Origin: an uncultured Clostridia bacterium
GTDB lineage: Bacteria > Bacillota > Clostridia > TANB77 > CAG-508
Assembly (NCBI GenBank): GCA_947624185.1
Contig: CANQJG010000001.1
Span: forward strand, 1-60,497
Length of the DNA: 60,497 nucleotides
Direction of reading: 5' to 3'
Shown: positions 28,801 through 35,862 of the stretch, in pieces
Position numbering within the stretch: the first letter of the stretch is position 1
Layout of the letters: each line of letters begins with the position of its first letter
Position numbers and translations under genes: made by a program
Notes under the pieces: generated by a model
What the model was told of the DNA's origin: nothing
Database searches by the model: none
What the model saw: the letters and a program-made list of their open reading frames with translations, nothing else

Positions 28801-31521
28801 AGCATCTCCAGTTCCTTTATATTCATATAACTTAAATGTTGCTCCTGGTAATTTTGCACTTGTAATACTATCAGTTTTATTTACTGTGACTTTTCCTTGT
28901 GGATAATGGACATTTGTTGTATTCCATGTTAGATTATGTAATGTTTGGTTCGCATCTTTTGACAATGTTATGGAATGTTCTTTTCTATATGATGCTGCAT
29001 CTGAATCACTATATCCATAATAGTGTTCTGGAGCTCTTGTTTCTACCACTTTAAATTTTCCTTGGTTGGTTGGAGTATATTCGAATGTACTTGATGTATA
29101 ATTTCCATTTGAAGTATATGATAATGTCTCAACTTCCTTATAAGTATCACCAGTTCCTGTATATTCATATAGTTTAAATATTGCTCCTGATAGATTTGCA
29201 TTTGTAATACTATCTTTTTTATTTACTGTTATTTTTCCCTGTGGATAGTGGACATTTGTTACATTGTATGAATATGTAAAATTGTTTTTCTTGTTATCAG
29301 TTATTAAATTAATTGTTTGACTCCAATCTGGAGCATAATAATGTGCTGGTGCTGCAGTTTCTTCAATTTTAAACTTTCCCTTATTGGTTTCTGAATATGT
29401 TATTGTTGCAGTATATGTTCCATTATTTCCTGATAGAGTTGTTCCTGTTGTTTTATAATTACTTGTTGAGTTATCCCATTCAAATACTTTGAATGTAACT
29501 CCTGTTAGCTTTGCGCCACTACTACTATCTGTTTTATTTATAGTTATTGTTCCACTTATTGGTGAACAAACAACAGTTACAGTTCTATCTTCTCTAACAT
29601 CACTCAATGTTACTGATCCACCGTCTGCATAACTTGATTGATAAACAGATGATCCATCTACTGTTACATTGCTTACATAATAGCCTGGACTTGGATTAAA
29701 TGTTACTGTTTTGTTTTCATGTATTTTAACATCATTATCTGTTTCAGTTATAGTTCCATGTGTTATACTTGTTGTTACTTTGTAGTTCAATGTTGTTTGT
29801 ACTTTATTTGAATTTCTGCTTTCAGTCCTTCCGTCTCTTGTGTATGAATACATAGCTATGTTATCTATATATTTATTACCACTATTAAATGTTGCACCTT
29901 TTCCTACTCCACTTTTTACTTGTACTGGAATTCTTATATTATAAGTGTGTGAATAATAAAATGCATCATTTTGTAATGTATCAGGCTTTGCTGTTACAGT
30001 TACTTTATTACCACTTACTGATACCGTAAAATAGCTTGATTTATCAACTCCGTCTTCTGTTGTTATTTTTATATTATTTGTATTTGTAATAGTTAAATCT
30101 GATGGTATTGTATCAGTAATTGAAAAAGTATTATATCTTGGATCTTTAATATTTGAATATTTTGTATCAAAATGTAAAAACTGACCATAATAGTTACTTG
30201 GAATATATTGTTGTATTACATAATTGAAACTTGCTTGTTCTCTTACATCATTTGATTGTTTTAATGTACTATTCTCTTCTATATATTTTTTTATGCTTTC
30301 TTCATTAAATGCTACTGGTGATACAAAGTTGTACCATAATCCACAGCTATCTCCACCATATTTGAAACTAAAATCTCCTTTTGTTTGTAAGTCAGTTGTC
30401 ATACAAGCTGATGTTTTGTACCATATACCATTTGTATTAGTTTCACATGCTGTACATGCTATACCATTTTCTTTTTCATCTAAAACTACTTTATATGTAG
30501 GATTAGTATTTTTTTCATTTCTATCATACCAAATTGTAGAACTTCCAACTTGTGGAGCCATACCTTCGTCTCCACCAAAGAAGACTCCAGCTGCATCATC
30601 AGCAGATGATGGTATAGCAGTATGTGGAACATCAAAATCGAAAAAGAAACTATTTACTCCAGTTACATTTGCCTTTTGCTTTGTTGAGTTATAAGTTCCG
30701 GTTCTATAATATTCCATTTTAAAAGTACAACTTGCATGATATGCCTGTAAGTGGAAAGTAACTAAATGTCCTTCTTTTGTAAAATCATCTTCTTTATCAT
30801 CATACCCTGAACCACTAGTATCTGCAGTTGGTGCATTTTGATTATTTATATATTGCATTCCCCTAAATTTAAGTTGAATGAAATCTGAATTATCTCTATC
30901 ATCATCATCATGAGCTATATCATCATCACTATCTGGTGTTATATAACTACCTTTTCTATAGCTTGTTACATTATCAACTGTAAAAACAACATCAAATGCA
31001 TTTCCGTCAGCATCAACACCACAGTTTGTTACAACAAATTTAATTATATCACCTTGATAAGCTCTAAATTTAGGCTTGTCTTCTCCACTTGGGTCTTTAG
31101 CCATGTAATGTTTTGCATCTGTTTTAGTATCACTTAATACTGTTACCTTACTATTAGATTGCCAAACTAAGGTCGAATATGAATATTTCTCATTTAATGA
31201 TGATAGCGTAGACCAGTCTCTATAAGTTGTAGAGCTAGTAACTGCTATTGGCATAGGTTCTGCTACTGAAGCTATTTGTGCTGCATCTTCTTGTGCATCT
31301 TCAGCAATAGTATTATTTTCTACATCATTCGCATTAGTATTTACTTTATCGTTTTCTATTTGCTCTTCTTCAGAATTATTCTCTTGATTTGTTGCTGATT
31401 GTCTAATACTTTCTTGAATATCGTATGATATAACAATATTGACAACTCTAAAAAAGATAGATGCAAATAGTATCATAGCTGTTGACATTATAAAAATACC
31501 TAAATAGAATCTTTTTTTCAT
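22897..31521 (-). CDS. giant cell-surface adhesin, 2874 aa: N-terminal anchor/signal, unique ~450-aa head, SpaA/Cna-B-type repeats, DUF11 repeats, C-terminal TM anchor
   Basis: Start moved to ATG 31521 (MKKRFYLGIFIM..., SD AGAAGGAG), because the ORF-track start at 31611 runs through the promoter. Repeats of ...GKVTVNKTDSITSAKLPGATFKLYEY...GKFKVVETQAPEHY.. are SpaA-like prealbumin fold. DUF11-like GETATYTIKVSNPTNNDITDITVSE. Ends ...IAISTGLGRTGDIIMIILLTIVIGGISAAIVVQGIKRKKGK. Confidence 0.9.
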   Translation of the reverse strand: MKKRFYLGIFIMSTAMILFASIFFRVVNIVISYDIQESIRQSATNQENNSEEEQIENDKVNTNANDVENNTIAEDAQEDAAQIASVAEPMPIAVTSSTTYRDWSTLSSLNEKYSYSTLVWQSNSKVTVLSDTKTDAKHYMAKDPSGEDKPKFRAYQGDIIKFVVTNCGVDADGNAFDVVFTVDNVTSYRKGSYITPDSDDDIAHDDDDRDNSDFIQLKFRGMQYINNQNAPTADTSGSGYDDKEDDFTKEGHLVTFHLQAYHASCTFKMEYYRTGTYNSTKQKANVTGVNSFFFDFDVPHTAIPSSADDAAGVFFGGDEGMAPQVGSSTIWYDRNEKNTNPTYKVVLDEKENGIACTACETNTNGIWYKTSACMTTDLQTKGDFSFKYGGDSCGLWYNFVSPVAFNEESIKKYIEENSTLKQSNDVREQASFNYVIQQYIPSNYYGQFLHFDTKYSNIKDPRYNTFSITDTIPSDLTITNTNNIKITTEDGVDKSSYFTVSVSGNKVTVTAKPDTLQNDAFYYSHTYNIRIPVQVKSGVGKGATFNSGNKYIDNIAMYSYTRDGRTESRNSNKVQTTLNYKVTTSITHGTITETDNDVKIHENKTVTFNPSPGYYVSNVTVDGSSVYQSSYADGGSVTLSDVREDRTVTVVCSPISGTITINKTDSSSGAKLTGVTFKVFEWDNSTSNYKTTGTTLSGNNGTYTATITYSETNKGKFKIEETAAPAHYYAPDWSQTINLITDNKKNNFTYSYNVTNVHYPQGKITVNKKDSITNANLSGAIFKLYEYTGTGDTYKEVETLSYTSNGNYTSSTFEYTPTNQGKFKVVETRAPEHYYGYSDSDAASYRKEHSITLSKDANQTLHNLTWNTTNVHYPQGKVTVNKTDSITSAKLPGATFKLYEYKGTGDASSLSSYNEVETLSGNGSGSYTSKVFEYTPTNQGKFKVVETQAPEHYFGHSSSDDEKYRQVKDITLTTSSTEILHNITWNATNVHYPQGKVTISKTDSITKAKLSGATFKLYEYKGSGSTSDLNSYKEVETLKDNGSGSYTSNVFEYTPTNQGRFKVVETKAPAHYYGNSDKDDASYRKVKDITLTISSSEILHSITWDVTNLHYPQGRVTVNKTDNVTHAKLPGAIFALYEYKGSGSTSDISNYTRKSQLTDNKNGSYTSAIFEYSPINQGRFKIVEERAPEHYYGYSDEDDPKYRKTYDVTLEKDETKILHELTWTMDNTPYPKAQIILRKTDSITSEVLDEAKFRIYEWNKNSNNWVARGLLTDNGDGTYKTPGEHEAGVLEYSATNQGRFKIDEEAAPYYYTNPGTSIAITLTDPGFHTYTYSDHANYNVKDEPWKVKIKAIKVDSETKNRIEGADYTVYEYNKNTKQYEEYKINRQGSTIKLEFQEDRSYISGDWLYANRRNEGKFRIIETRAPEGYYGDYVSGTKTKVVNDITITAGNNGSTLTIDNHSGLYYNTRVLGTITVSKIDVETNRYLAQGDATLDGAVYGLYAAEEIKHKDTVKGTIYVKDQKVQEQTIQGGKLVFDDVEIGKYYVKEITPPVGYLPDENKYNVSIDYQNETIPHIDTSTTVHEQVKKQAFQLVKLSENNETTEAFPLEGAGFKIYLVSDLSFVKNGTVKPDANGKYNPKDFIGYNYQNEQTALDYSNNQNGTRIKEQFTDELGKFTSPELAYGTYVVVETTIPDERYIIDPFIVVVTKDSKTPQNERYFLDREFEATIRVNKRDTENGEMVLNKDAAYRIWSFTENRYIEQPIRYPKADVVGTEKNPYRINEEGYFITPVNLTVGEYELREVTAPDGYVLTGHEGSILNGQVTNEPRQAVRFSVSSHQAYYQDTITDALTISVEQYNTQMKGELKLIKKGEYLTGASQNEDGSIDFKYELGAIENAKFEIRAKENIYAQYDSSVIVYEKDALVGTITTNIQGIGYVDNLPIGKYYIKETEAGYGFVLNKEQKEFEISYQGQTTPTQTVEIEYINERQKINLNGEEGIKVEKIADKKWYKPGETATYTIKVSNPTNNDITDITVSETRINGEFEYIDTDNVKKIDSTHVSIERLKPGESVNLRFSAQIGELEEGEEKVKITNVVKAEGTTEIPDPDDPHKKITVTVDDEDDEDVYVTEGKILVIKEAQKKVYEPGETAQYIIHVINTGDATLHNVETEETLINGRFVDLEGSSVNGVKIAYKTTEAGEDRNVVIIDKIEPGEEIILRYEYDIPQGVTLPVEGTEKHLIDNVVMATGTIIRDNPENPDKPVDPEDPDNPDNPEEPIEEKVTDKDDEEIEVKENGKLGIIKKDILTGERLKGAVFGLYAFEDIRAQNGNVLIKKDALIEKSITNEQGQAIFKADLPLGKYYIQEIEPPENYKPNSEKVVFNSTYRGQDVEIIDVSEVITNRRIDTIIEKRNKEGELVEGVELEILDENGNVIETWTTTDQVTMFEKLEKGKTYTLREKKPAKGYVTARKIKFFVGDDGKLYQRIEDDEEFLIENIEIERVEMLDERTRIELNVVDKETKEHIPGIEVEIRDKETGEVVYSFTTGEDIEIIEGLDVGEYDIVTKDPENRGYVTSGGEIKVKDVNVVQKFVVEQDFTKVEISLKDEETKEFLKGGIIEVVDENGEVVAEIETKEQAERLERLPVGKYTLKEKQIPTGYHGAKDMQIEIKDTPEVQPFEMLNKKKRFDISIKKKVVAQEYNGTRTELNYDLPKLEIRTRNIPSADAWFMYIVTVKNEGELAGSVEVIEYIPSGMQMKPERNPQWEVHANDATLKIDNLEPGETREYTIWLRYDNYLTNLGTKENKVRIAGTNNEAGFKDINTGNDESTASIIIAISTGLGRTGDIIMIILLTIVIGGISAAIVVQGIKRKKGKESTDSKE
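27844..29256. repeat. four in-frame tandem repeats of 342-357 bp (114-119 aa SpaA-like modules) inside the adhesin gene
   Basis: Module starts N(V/L)HYPQG(K/R)(I/V)T at 29256, 28914, 28557 and 28200. The next, more divergent, module starts at 27843. CCTTGTGGATAATG recurs on the plus strand at each boundary. Confidence 0.85.
31482..31510 (+). promoter_or_regulatory. plus-strand promoter-like element TTGACA-17-TAGAAT, antisense to the first codons of the adhesin gene
   Basis: TTGACA 31482-31487, 17-nt spacer, TAGAAT 31505-31510. It would fire across the adhesin RBS, 5' UTR and promoter toward the hairpin at 31632. Confidence 0.3.
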
Positions 31522-31564
31522 CTTAAGCTTATCTCCTTCTAGATAAAATAATTTTGCTGTAAAT

Positions 31565-31593
31565 AATTTATATATATATTTTAATAAAGTCAA
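31565..31593 (-). promoter_or_regulatory. candidate sigma-A promoter of the 2874-aa adhesin gene (TTGACT-17-TAAATT)
   Basis: Minus strand: TTGACT (31588-31593), 17-nt spacer, TAAATT (31565-31570), about 40 nt upstream of ATG 31521. Confidence 0.4.
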
Positions 31594-31631
31594 TATATTG
31601 TTTTTTCTCATTTTTTATATCTAGTTTAATC

Positions 31632-31651
31632 TACCTACGGAAGGTATTTTT
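31632..31651 (+). promoter_or_regulatory. conserved stem-loop TACCT-ACGGA-AGGTA + T5 (terminator-like on the plus strand), copy 1
   Basis: Read directly. A homologous element lies at 59754-59775, upstream of the other adhesin operon. Confidence 0.4.
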
Positions 31652-31696
31652 GCATTTTTTAAAGTAATATTATTACTTTTATGTGACATTTTTGTT

Positions 31697-31720
31697 AAAA
31701 AAAGCGCCCAAAAGGGCGTT
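31697..31720 (-). terminator. intrinsic terminator of the acpS-tatD unit
   Basis: The minus strand reads CGCCC-TTTT-GGGCG followed by CTTTTTTT (plus-strand GCGCCCAAAAGGGCG at 31704-31718, A-run 31697-31703). Confidence 0.8.
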
Positions 31721-31837
31721 TTCTTTAGGGAATTAGAACTTTCACAATCTAATTTTTTATCTGTCATAATAATAATACCTTATAGCTTTATATCTTAGTC
31801 TCTTATTTTAGTATTTTATATCATATACACTTATATG

Positions 31838-32620
31838 TTATATATTGTATATATTCAATGCATTTTGATAAGTAGCTTTTGCTATCTCTTCAATTGATAT
31901 GTTTTTTAAATCTGCTATTTTTTGTGCAGTATATTTAACATTTCTCGGATCATTTCTAGTTCCCCTAACTGGTTCAGGGGCTAGATAAGGACTGTCCGTT
32001 TCTATTAATAATCTATTTAAAGGTATTAAATTGGCTATTTCTTCAGCACTTTTTGAGTTTTTAAAAGTAATCGGTCCAGCAACAGATATATAAAATCCAA
32101 GCTTAAGACCTTCCTTTATAAGTTCTCTGTTAAATGGACAACAATGGAATATTCCTTTTTTATTTACAGGATTTTGTTTTAATATCTCTAATGTGTCCAT
32201 TACTGCATCTCTTGTATGAATTGTGATTGGAAGGTTATGTTTATTCGCTATCTCGATTTGCTTTATAAAAGCTTGCTTCTGCCACTCTTTATCTGTATCA
32301 TAATGATAATCTAAGCCTATCTCTCCAACTGCTACAATCTTTGCTTTTTTAACTTCATTTTCATTAGCTTGTAATATTTCATCTATTTTTTCCACATCTT
32401 TTGACCAGTTTGTGGATAAGTCATTTGGCGAAATACCCACCGTTGCATATATATAATCATATTTTTTTGAAAGCTCTATTGCTCTTAACGAACCTTGCAA
32501 ACTATATCCACAATTAACAAAAGTAGTAATACCTGCATTGTAAATTTCAGGTATTACTTTCTCTCTATCAATATCAAATTTTTCGTCATCTAAGTGACAA
32601 TGTGAATCTAAGAACTCCAT
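31838..32620 (-). CDS. tatD: TatD-family metal-dependent hydrolase (YabD)
   Basis: DSHCHLDD, GEIGLDYHYD, ETDSPYLAP. Confidence 0.9.
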   Translation of the reverse strand: MEFLDSHCHLDDEKFDIDREKVIPEIYNAGITTFVNCGYSLQGSLRAIELSKKYDYIYATVGISPNDLSTNWSKDVEKIDEILQANENEVKKAKIVAVGEIGLDYHYDTDKEWQKQAFIKQIEIANKHNLPITIHTRDAVMDTLEILKQNPVNKKGIFHCCPFNRELIKEGLKLGFYISVAGPITFKNSKSAEEIANLIPLNRLLIETDSPYLAPEPVRGTRNDPRNVKYTAQKIADLKNISIEEIAKATYQNALNIYNI

Positions 32621-32622
32621 TT

Positions 32623-32988
32623 CTATTCTCCCATGAAAAAAACACTGGCAATTGCATACTCTTTAAGATGAGACAGACTCACATCAATATCTACACATTG
32701 TATATCAATATCAATAAAGTTGATGTATGGTCTGCCATTATCGTCATTTAATATCTCAACATTTTTCCATGAGATAGAATATTTATCTTGTAGATACTTT
32801 GATATTGCTTTAAAGCACGCTTCCTTTGCTGCAAATCTTGCAGCGTAATGCTGATACTTTGCACTTTTTTTACTTTCACAGTATGCAATTTCTTTATCTG
32901 TGAACACGGTATGTGCAAACTTTACATTTTCAAACGCATCCTTTATCCTATTAACTTCTATTATATCCGTACCAATTGTAGTTTTCAT
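32623..32988 (-). CDS. acpS: holo-[acyl-carrier-protein] synthase
   Basis: IGTDIIEVNRI and FAAKEACFKA, 121 aa. Confidence 0.9.
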   Translation of the reverse strand: MKTTIGTDIIEVNRIKDAFENVKFAHTVFTDKEIAYCESKKSAKYQHYAARFAAKEACFKAISKYLQDKYSISWKNVEILNDDNGRPYINFIDIDIQCVDIDVSLSHLKEYAIASVFFMGE

Positions 32989-33081
32989 TTCATTTTCCTA
33001 TTTTATATAATTCAATTTTTAAGACTAAGAATAATTATAATTAATCTAAAATATTATGGTTGATAGCATCTGTGCTAAACT

Positions 33082-33115
33082 CCAACCGGAGCCTTTAGGC
33101 GCAGGGCGAATGAAG
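33082..33115. repeat. GC-rich 34-nt element CCAACCGGAGCCTTTAGGCGCAGGGCGAATGAAG, left copy of an inverted pair
   Basis: About 31 of 34 positions match the reverse complement of 38656-38687 (CTTCATTCGCCCTACGCTAACGCTCCGGTTGG). It is a conspicuous G+C island in AT-rich spacer DNA. Confidence 0.7.
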
Positions 33116-33128
33116 TAATTTTATATAT

Positions 33129-33911
33129 CTATATATCCAATCCATTAATTAAAATAATTATTCCAATTATTATAAATACAACCAACAGAATTATTCCAAA
33201 CCTTTTATATGCAATATTTTCGTTTAGCTTATTATTTTTATATAGCAAGTCAAATTGATTTTCTACTGTAATGTATATCTTGTCTAATTTAAGCTTTTCT
33301 CGTAATGTGTCGCAGAATTTATCCTTATCTGTTTCTGTTACTGCATATACTTGTTGTGAAAAATCTACATAACTATTTCTTGCTTTGTCGAACAAATTTG
33401 GAAATTGTAATTCTTTATTTATCTTATTTAAATATATTAATTTATACAATTCTAATACTTGTGCATACAAATGCTCTTCTTTACTGTCTTTTAATTCGTA
33501 AGCGTCTTCTGATCTTAGATTAATCTCTTCCATTTCTTGTGTTTCTTCATATTTAGTTAGTTTTTTAACAACCGCTTCATTGTCAGTAACTGCAAAACAT
33601 ACACCTGTACTAAAACATATTACTATATTCTTATCTTTTTCGAATACATTGCAATTATAAGTACTGCAAATCGCAGATTTTAAGTCATTTCCTAAACTAT
33701 TATATTCTGCTATTACTTCTTTTGCGTTCATATTAAATGACCAAAATAAGTATTCTCTAATGCTTGGTAGAAAATAATCATATACTGATTTATTCTTTTT
33801 CTTATCAAATATTTTTAGTTTGTACTTATCTTCTAACAAAAGCTCATAATATCCTGATATTCTTTTCTCATCAATTAAATATGGATAAATCTTAATTTTC
33901 TTTTGTTCCAT
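33129..33911 (-). CDS. hypothetical protein with C-terminal TM anchor, 260 aa
   Basis: ORF with SD-like GGAGATTACGAA before the ATG. A single C-terminal helix FGIILLVVFIIIGIIILI. No family recognised. Confidence 0.55.
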   Translation of the reverse strand: MEQKKIKIYPYLIDEKRISGYYELLLEDKYKLKIFDKKKNKSVYDYFLPSIREYLFWSFNMNAKEVIAEYNSLGNDLKSAICSTYNCNVFEKDKNIVICFSTGVCFAVTDNEAVVKKLTKYEETQEMEEINLRSEDAYELKDSKEEHLYAQVLELYKLIYLNKINKELQFPNLFDKARNSYVDFSQQVYAVTETDKDKFCDTLREKLKLDKIYITVENQFDLLYKNNKLNENIAYKRFGIILLVVFIIIGIIILINGLDI

Positions 33912-34022
33912 TTCGTAATCTCCTTGTATAATTTTTTATAAATTTTTTAATACAGATTTTATAAACATACTTTTTATTTCATTTAGTTTTTGCAAGGGTT
34001 TTATATAAATACATAATAATCA

Positions 34023-35546
34023 CTATTCATTTACATCTGTGTAATAATTTGCATTTAGGTCAGGTGCCAAATGCCATTTATTTATGAAACTTATAACTGT
34101 ATTTTGATTAAAACTGTATGTTGGCTCTACTATTACCTTTCCAACAGCGTCTATTGCTCCCCATTTTCCGTCTTTCTTTATTGCTGCAAATCCATAGTCA
34201 TTTTGTTCTGTTGCATCATCATATATATAGTCAACTACTACTATTCCATTTTTGTCTACAAATCCGTATTTATTATTATTTTTTGATAGGAATAATGTAT
34301 TACTTGATAGCACATCTTTTACATTTTTTTCTTCTAATTTGAAATTATAATACTTATATTCTCCGTTTTTTCTTACTTTAATATATCCTAGATTTGTATT
34401 AATTTCTGATAATATTCCTGATGTCTTTATTGTAAATGTTTCATCTAATAAGTCCATTTCTCCGTTTTCTTTTTCTGCTTCGATAAATCCTTCTTTGCTT
34501 GAAAATGATATATTGCTGTAAGTATAGTCAACTACTACTTTACCTGTTGTGTCAATTATTCCATATTTTCCGTCCTTTTTTGCAATATAATTTCCTTCAA
34601 ATAGATATTTCAAATCTTGATATTCTTGTGGTATTACGTTTTCGCCTGATGAAGAAATGACACCATAGTTATCATTTGTTTTAACGATTATGTTGCTATT
34701 GTCAATGCTTACCGCTTCGCTGAATCCATTTTTTAATTTAATTAGTCCTTCTGCATCAACTAATTCAATATCGTTTTCTTCTTTTACAATATACATTTTA
34801 CTACCGTATATATGCATTATTTCAGTATATTTGCAGTCTAACATCTGCTTTCTACTGTAATTCACTAGTCCATATTTTCCGCTATCATTTTTTACAATAT
34901 AGCCGTCTTCATATTTATCAGTTAATGCTATTATATCAGCATATTCGTTTTCAATAATTATACTTCCGCTATTGTCGACTAATCCTTTTTTTCCGTCTTT
35001 TTCTGTGACAAAACTTTTTGTTACATTTCTTAGTGGTGTAATTGAAGTATATTCAGGAGATAGCAATTCCTTTCCGCTAAAGTTTATTAGTCCATATTGT
35101 CCATTTTTTTCAACTTTTAATACACTTGTGTCATAGAATACGTTTCCATTGCTATCAACATTTTGCATAGCTTCGACATTATCATATAAACTGAATAATC
35201 TATTAGAGTGGTCGTCTATTGCAAATGATTTATATGTATTACCTTCAAGATTAACATCTTCTTGGCATATAAATATAGCCTTAGTTGGATCTGGTATTAC
35301 AATCATTTGGTCATATTCAGGGTTTATTATTATTTCGCCTTTTGAGTTAATTACGCCCCATTTATCATTTGTTGATACAACTAAATATGAATTTGTTACA
35401 TTTTTTGTTTCAACTTTGCTTTTTAGATTTGGAAAATTAATCATTAGCACGATTATCATTACTATAACTGCTAAAGCAAGTACAGTAGCAACAACTTTTT
35501 TCACATTAAGTTTTCTTTCGCCGTCATATCTCTTTCCTCTTCCCAT
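34023..35546 (-). CDS. WG-repeat (KWG) protein with N-terminal TM anchor
   Basis: At least eight repeats of the form G(K/Q)(W/Y)G(L/V/I)(I/V)(N/D)..G..(I/V/L)(I/V)...Y, for example DKWGVINSKGEIIINPEYD, GKYGLVNYSRKQMLDCKYT and GKWGAIDAVGKVIVEPTYS. Confidence 0.85.
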   Translation of the reverse strand: MGRGKRYDGERKLNVKKVVATVLALAVIVMIIVLMINFPNLKSKVETKNVTNSYLVVSTNDKWGVINSKGEIIINPEYDQMIVIPDPTKAIFICQEDVNLEGNTYKSFAIDDHSNRLFSLYDNVEAMQNVDSNGNVFYDTSVLKVEKNGQYGLINFSGKELLSPEYTSITPLRNVTKSFVTEKDGKKGLVDNSGSIIIENEYADIIALTDKYEDGYIVKNDSGKYGLVNYSRKQMLDCKYTEIMHIYGSKMYIVKEENDIELVDAEGLIKLKNGFSEAVSIDNSNIIVKTNDNYGVISSSGENVIPQEYQDLKYLFEGNYIAKKDGKYGIIDTTGKVVVDYTYSNISFSSKEGFIEAEKENGEMDLLDETFTIKTSGILSEINTNLGYIKVRKNGEYKYYNFKLEEKNVKDVLSSNTLFLSKNNNKYGFVDKNGIVVVDYIYDDATEQNDYGFAAIKKDGKWGAIDAVGKVIVEPTYSFNQNTVISFINKWHLAPDLNANYYTDVNE

Positions 35547-35862
35547 ACTTCTCTTATAGCATACATTTTATATAAAATAAAATTGATATACTATAATCTC
35601 CTTTCTTAACTTAGATTTTGCACTTTATATACACATTTTGTAAATATGTGAAATTACAAATCTAAGGAATAATCTTAGTCAACTATAATATATCAAGTTT
35701 TTACATTTTTTTCAATAGAAAAATTGAAATTTAATAATATTAATTTTTTTGTTGCCAAATTATTACAGCAACTAACTTTCAGTATTTTTCTTTATTAAAG
35801 CCATTATCTGTAACATATTATTTTCAAAGAAATCCTCTTTAAAAATATTATCTAATAATATA

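Noticed and set aside
31522-31611. ORF-track N-terminal extension of the adhesin (MRKNNILTLLKYIYKLFTAKLFYLEGDKLK)
   Set aside because: It would translate through the TTGACT-17-TAAATT promoter and the SD AGAAGGAG. ATG 31521 gives a normal MKKRF + hydrophobic signal/anchor.
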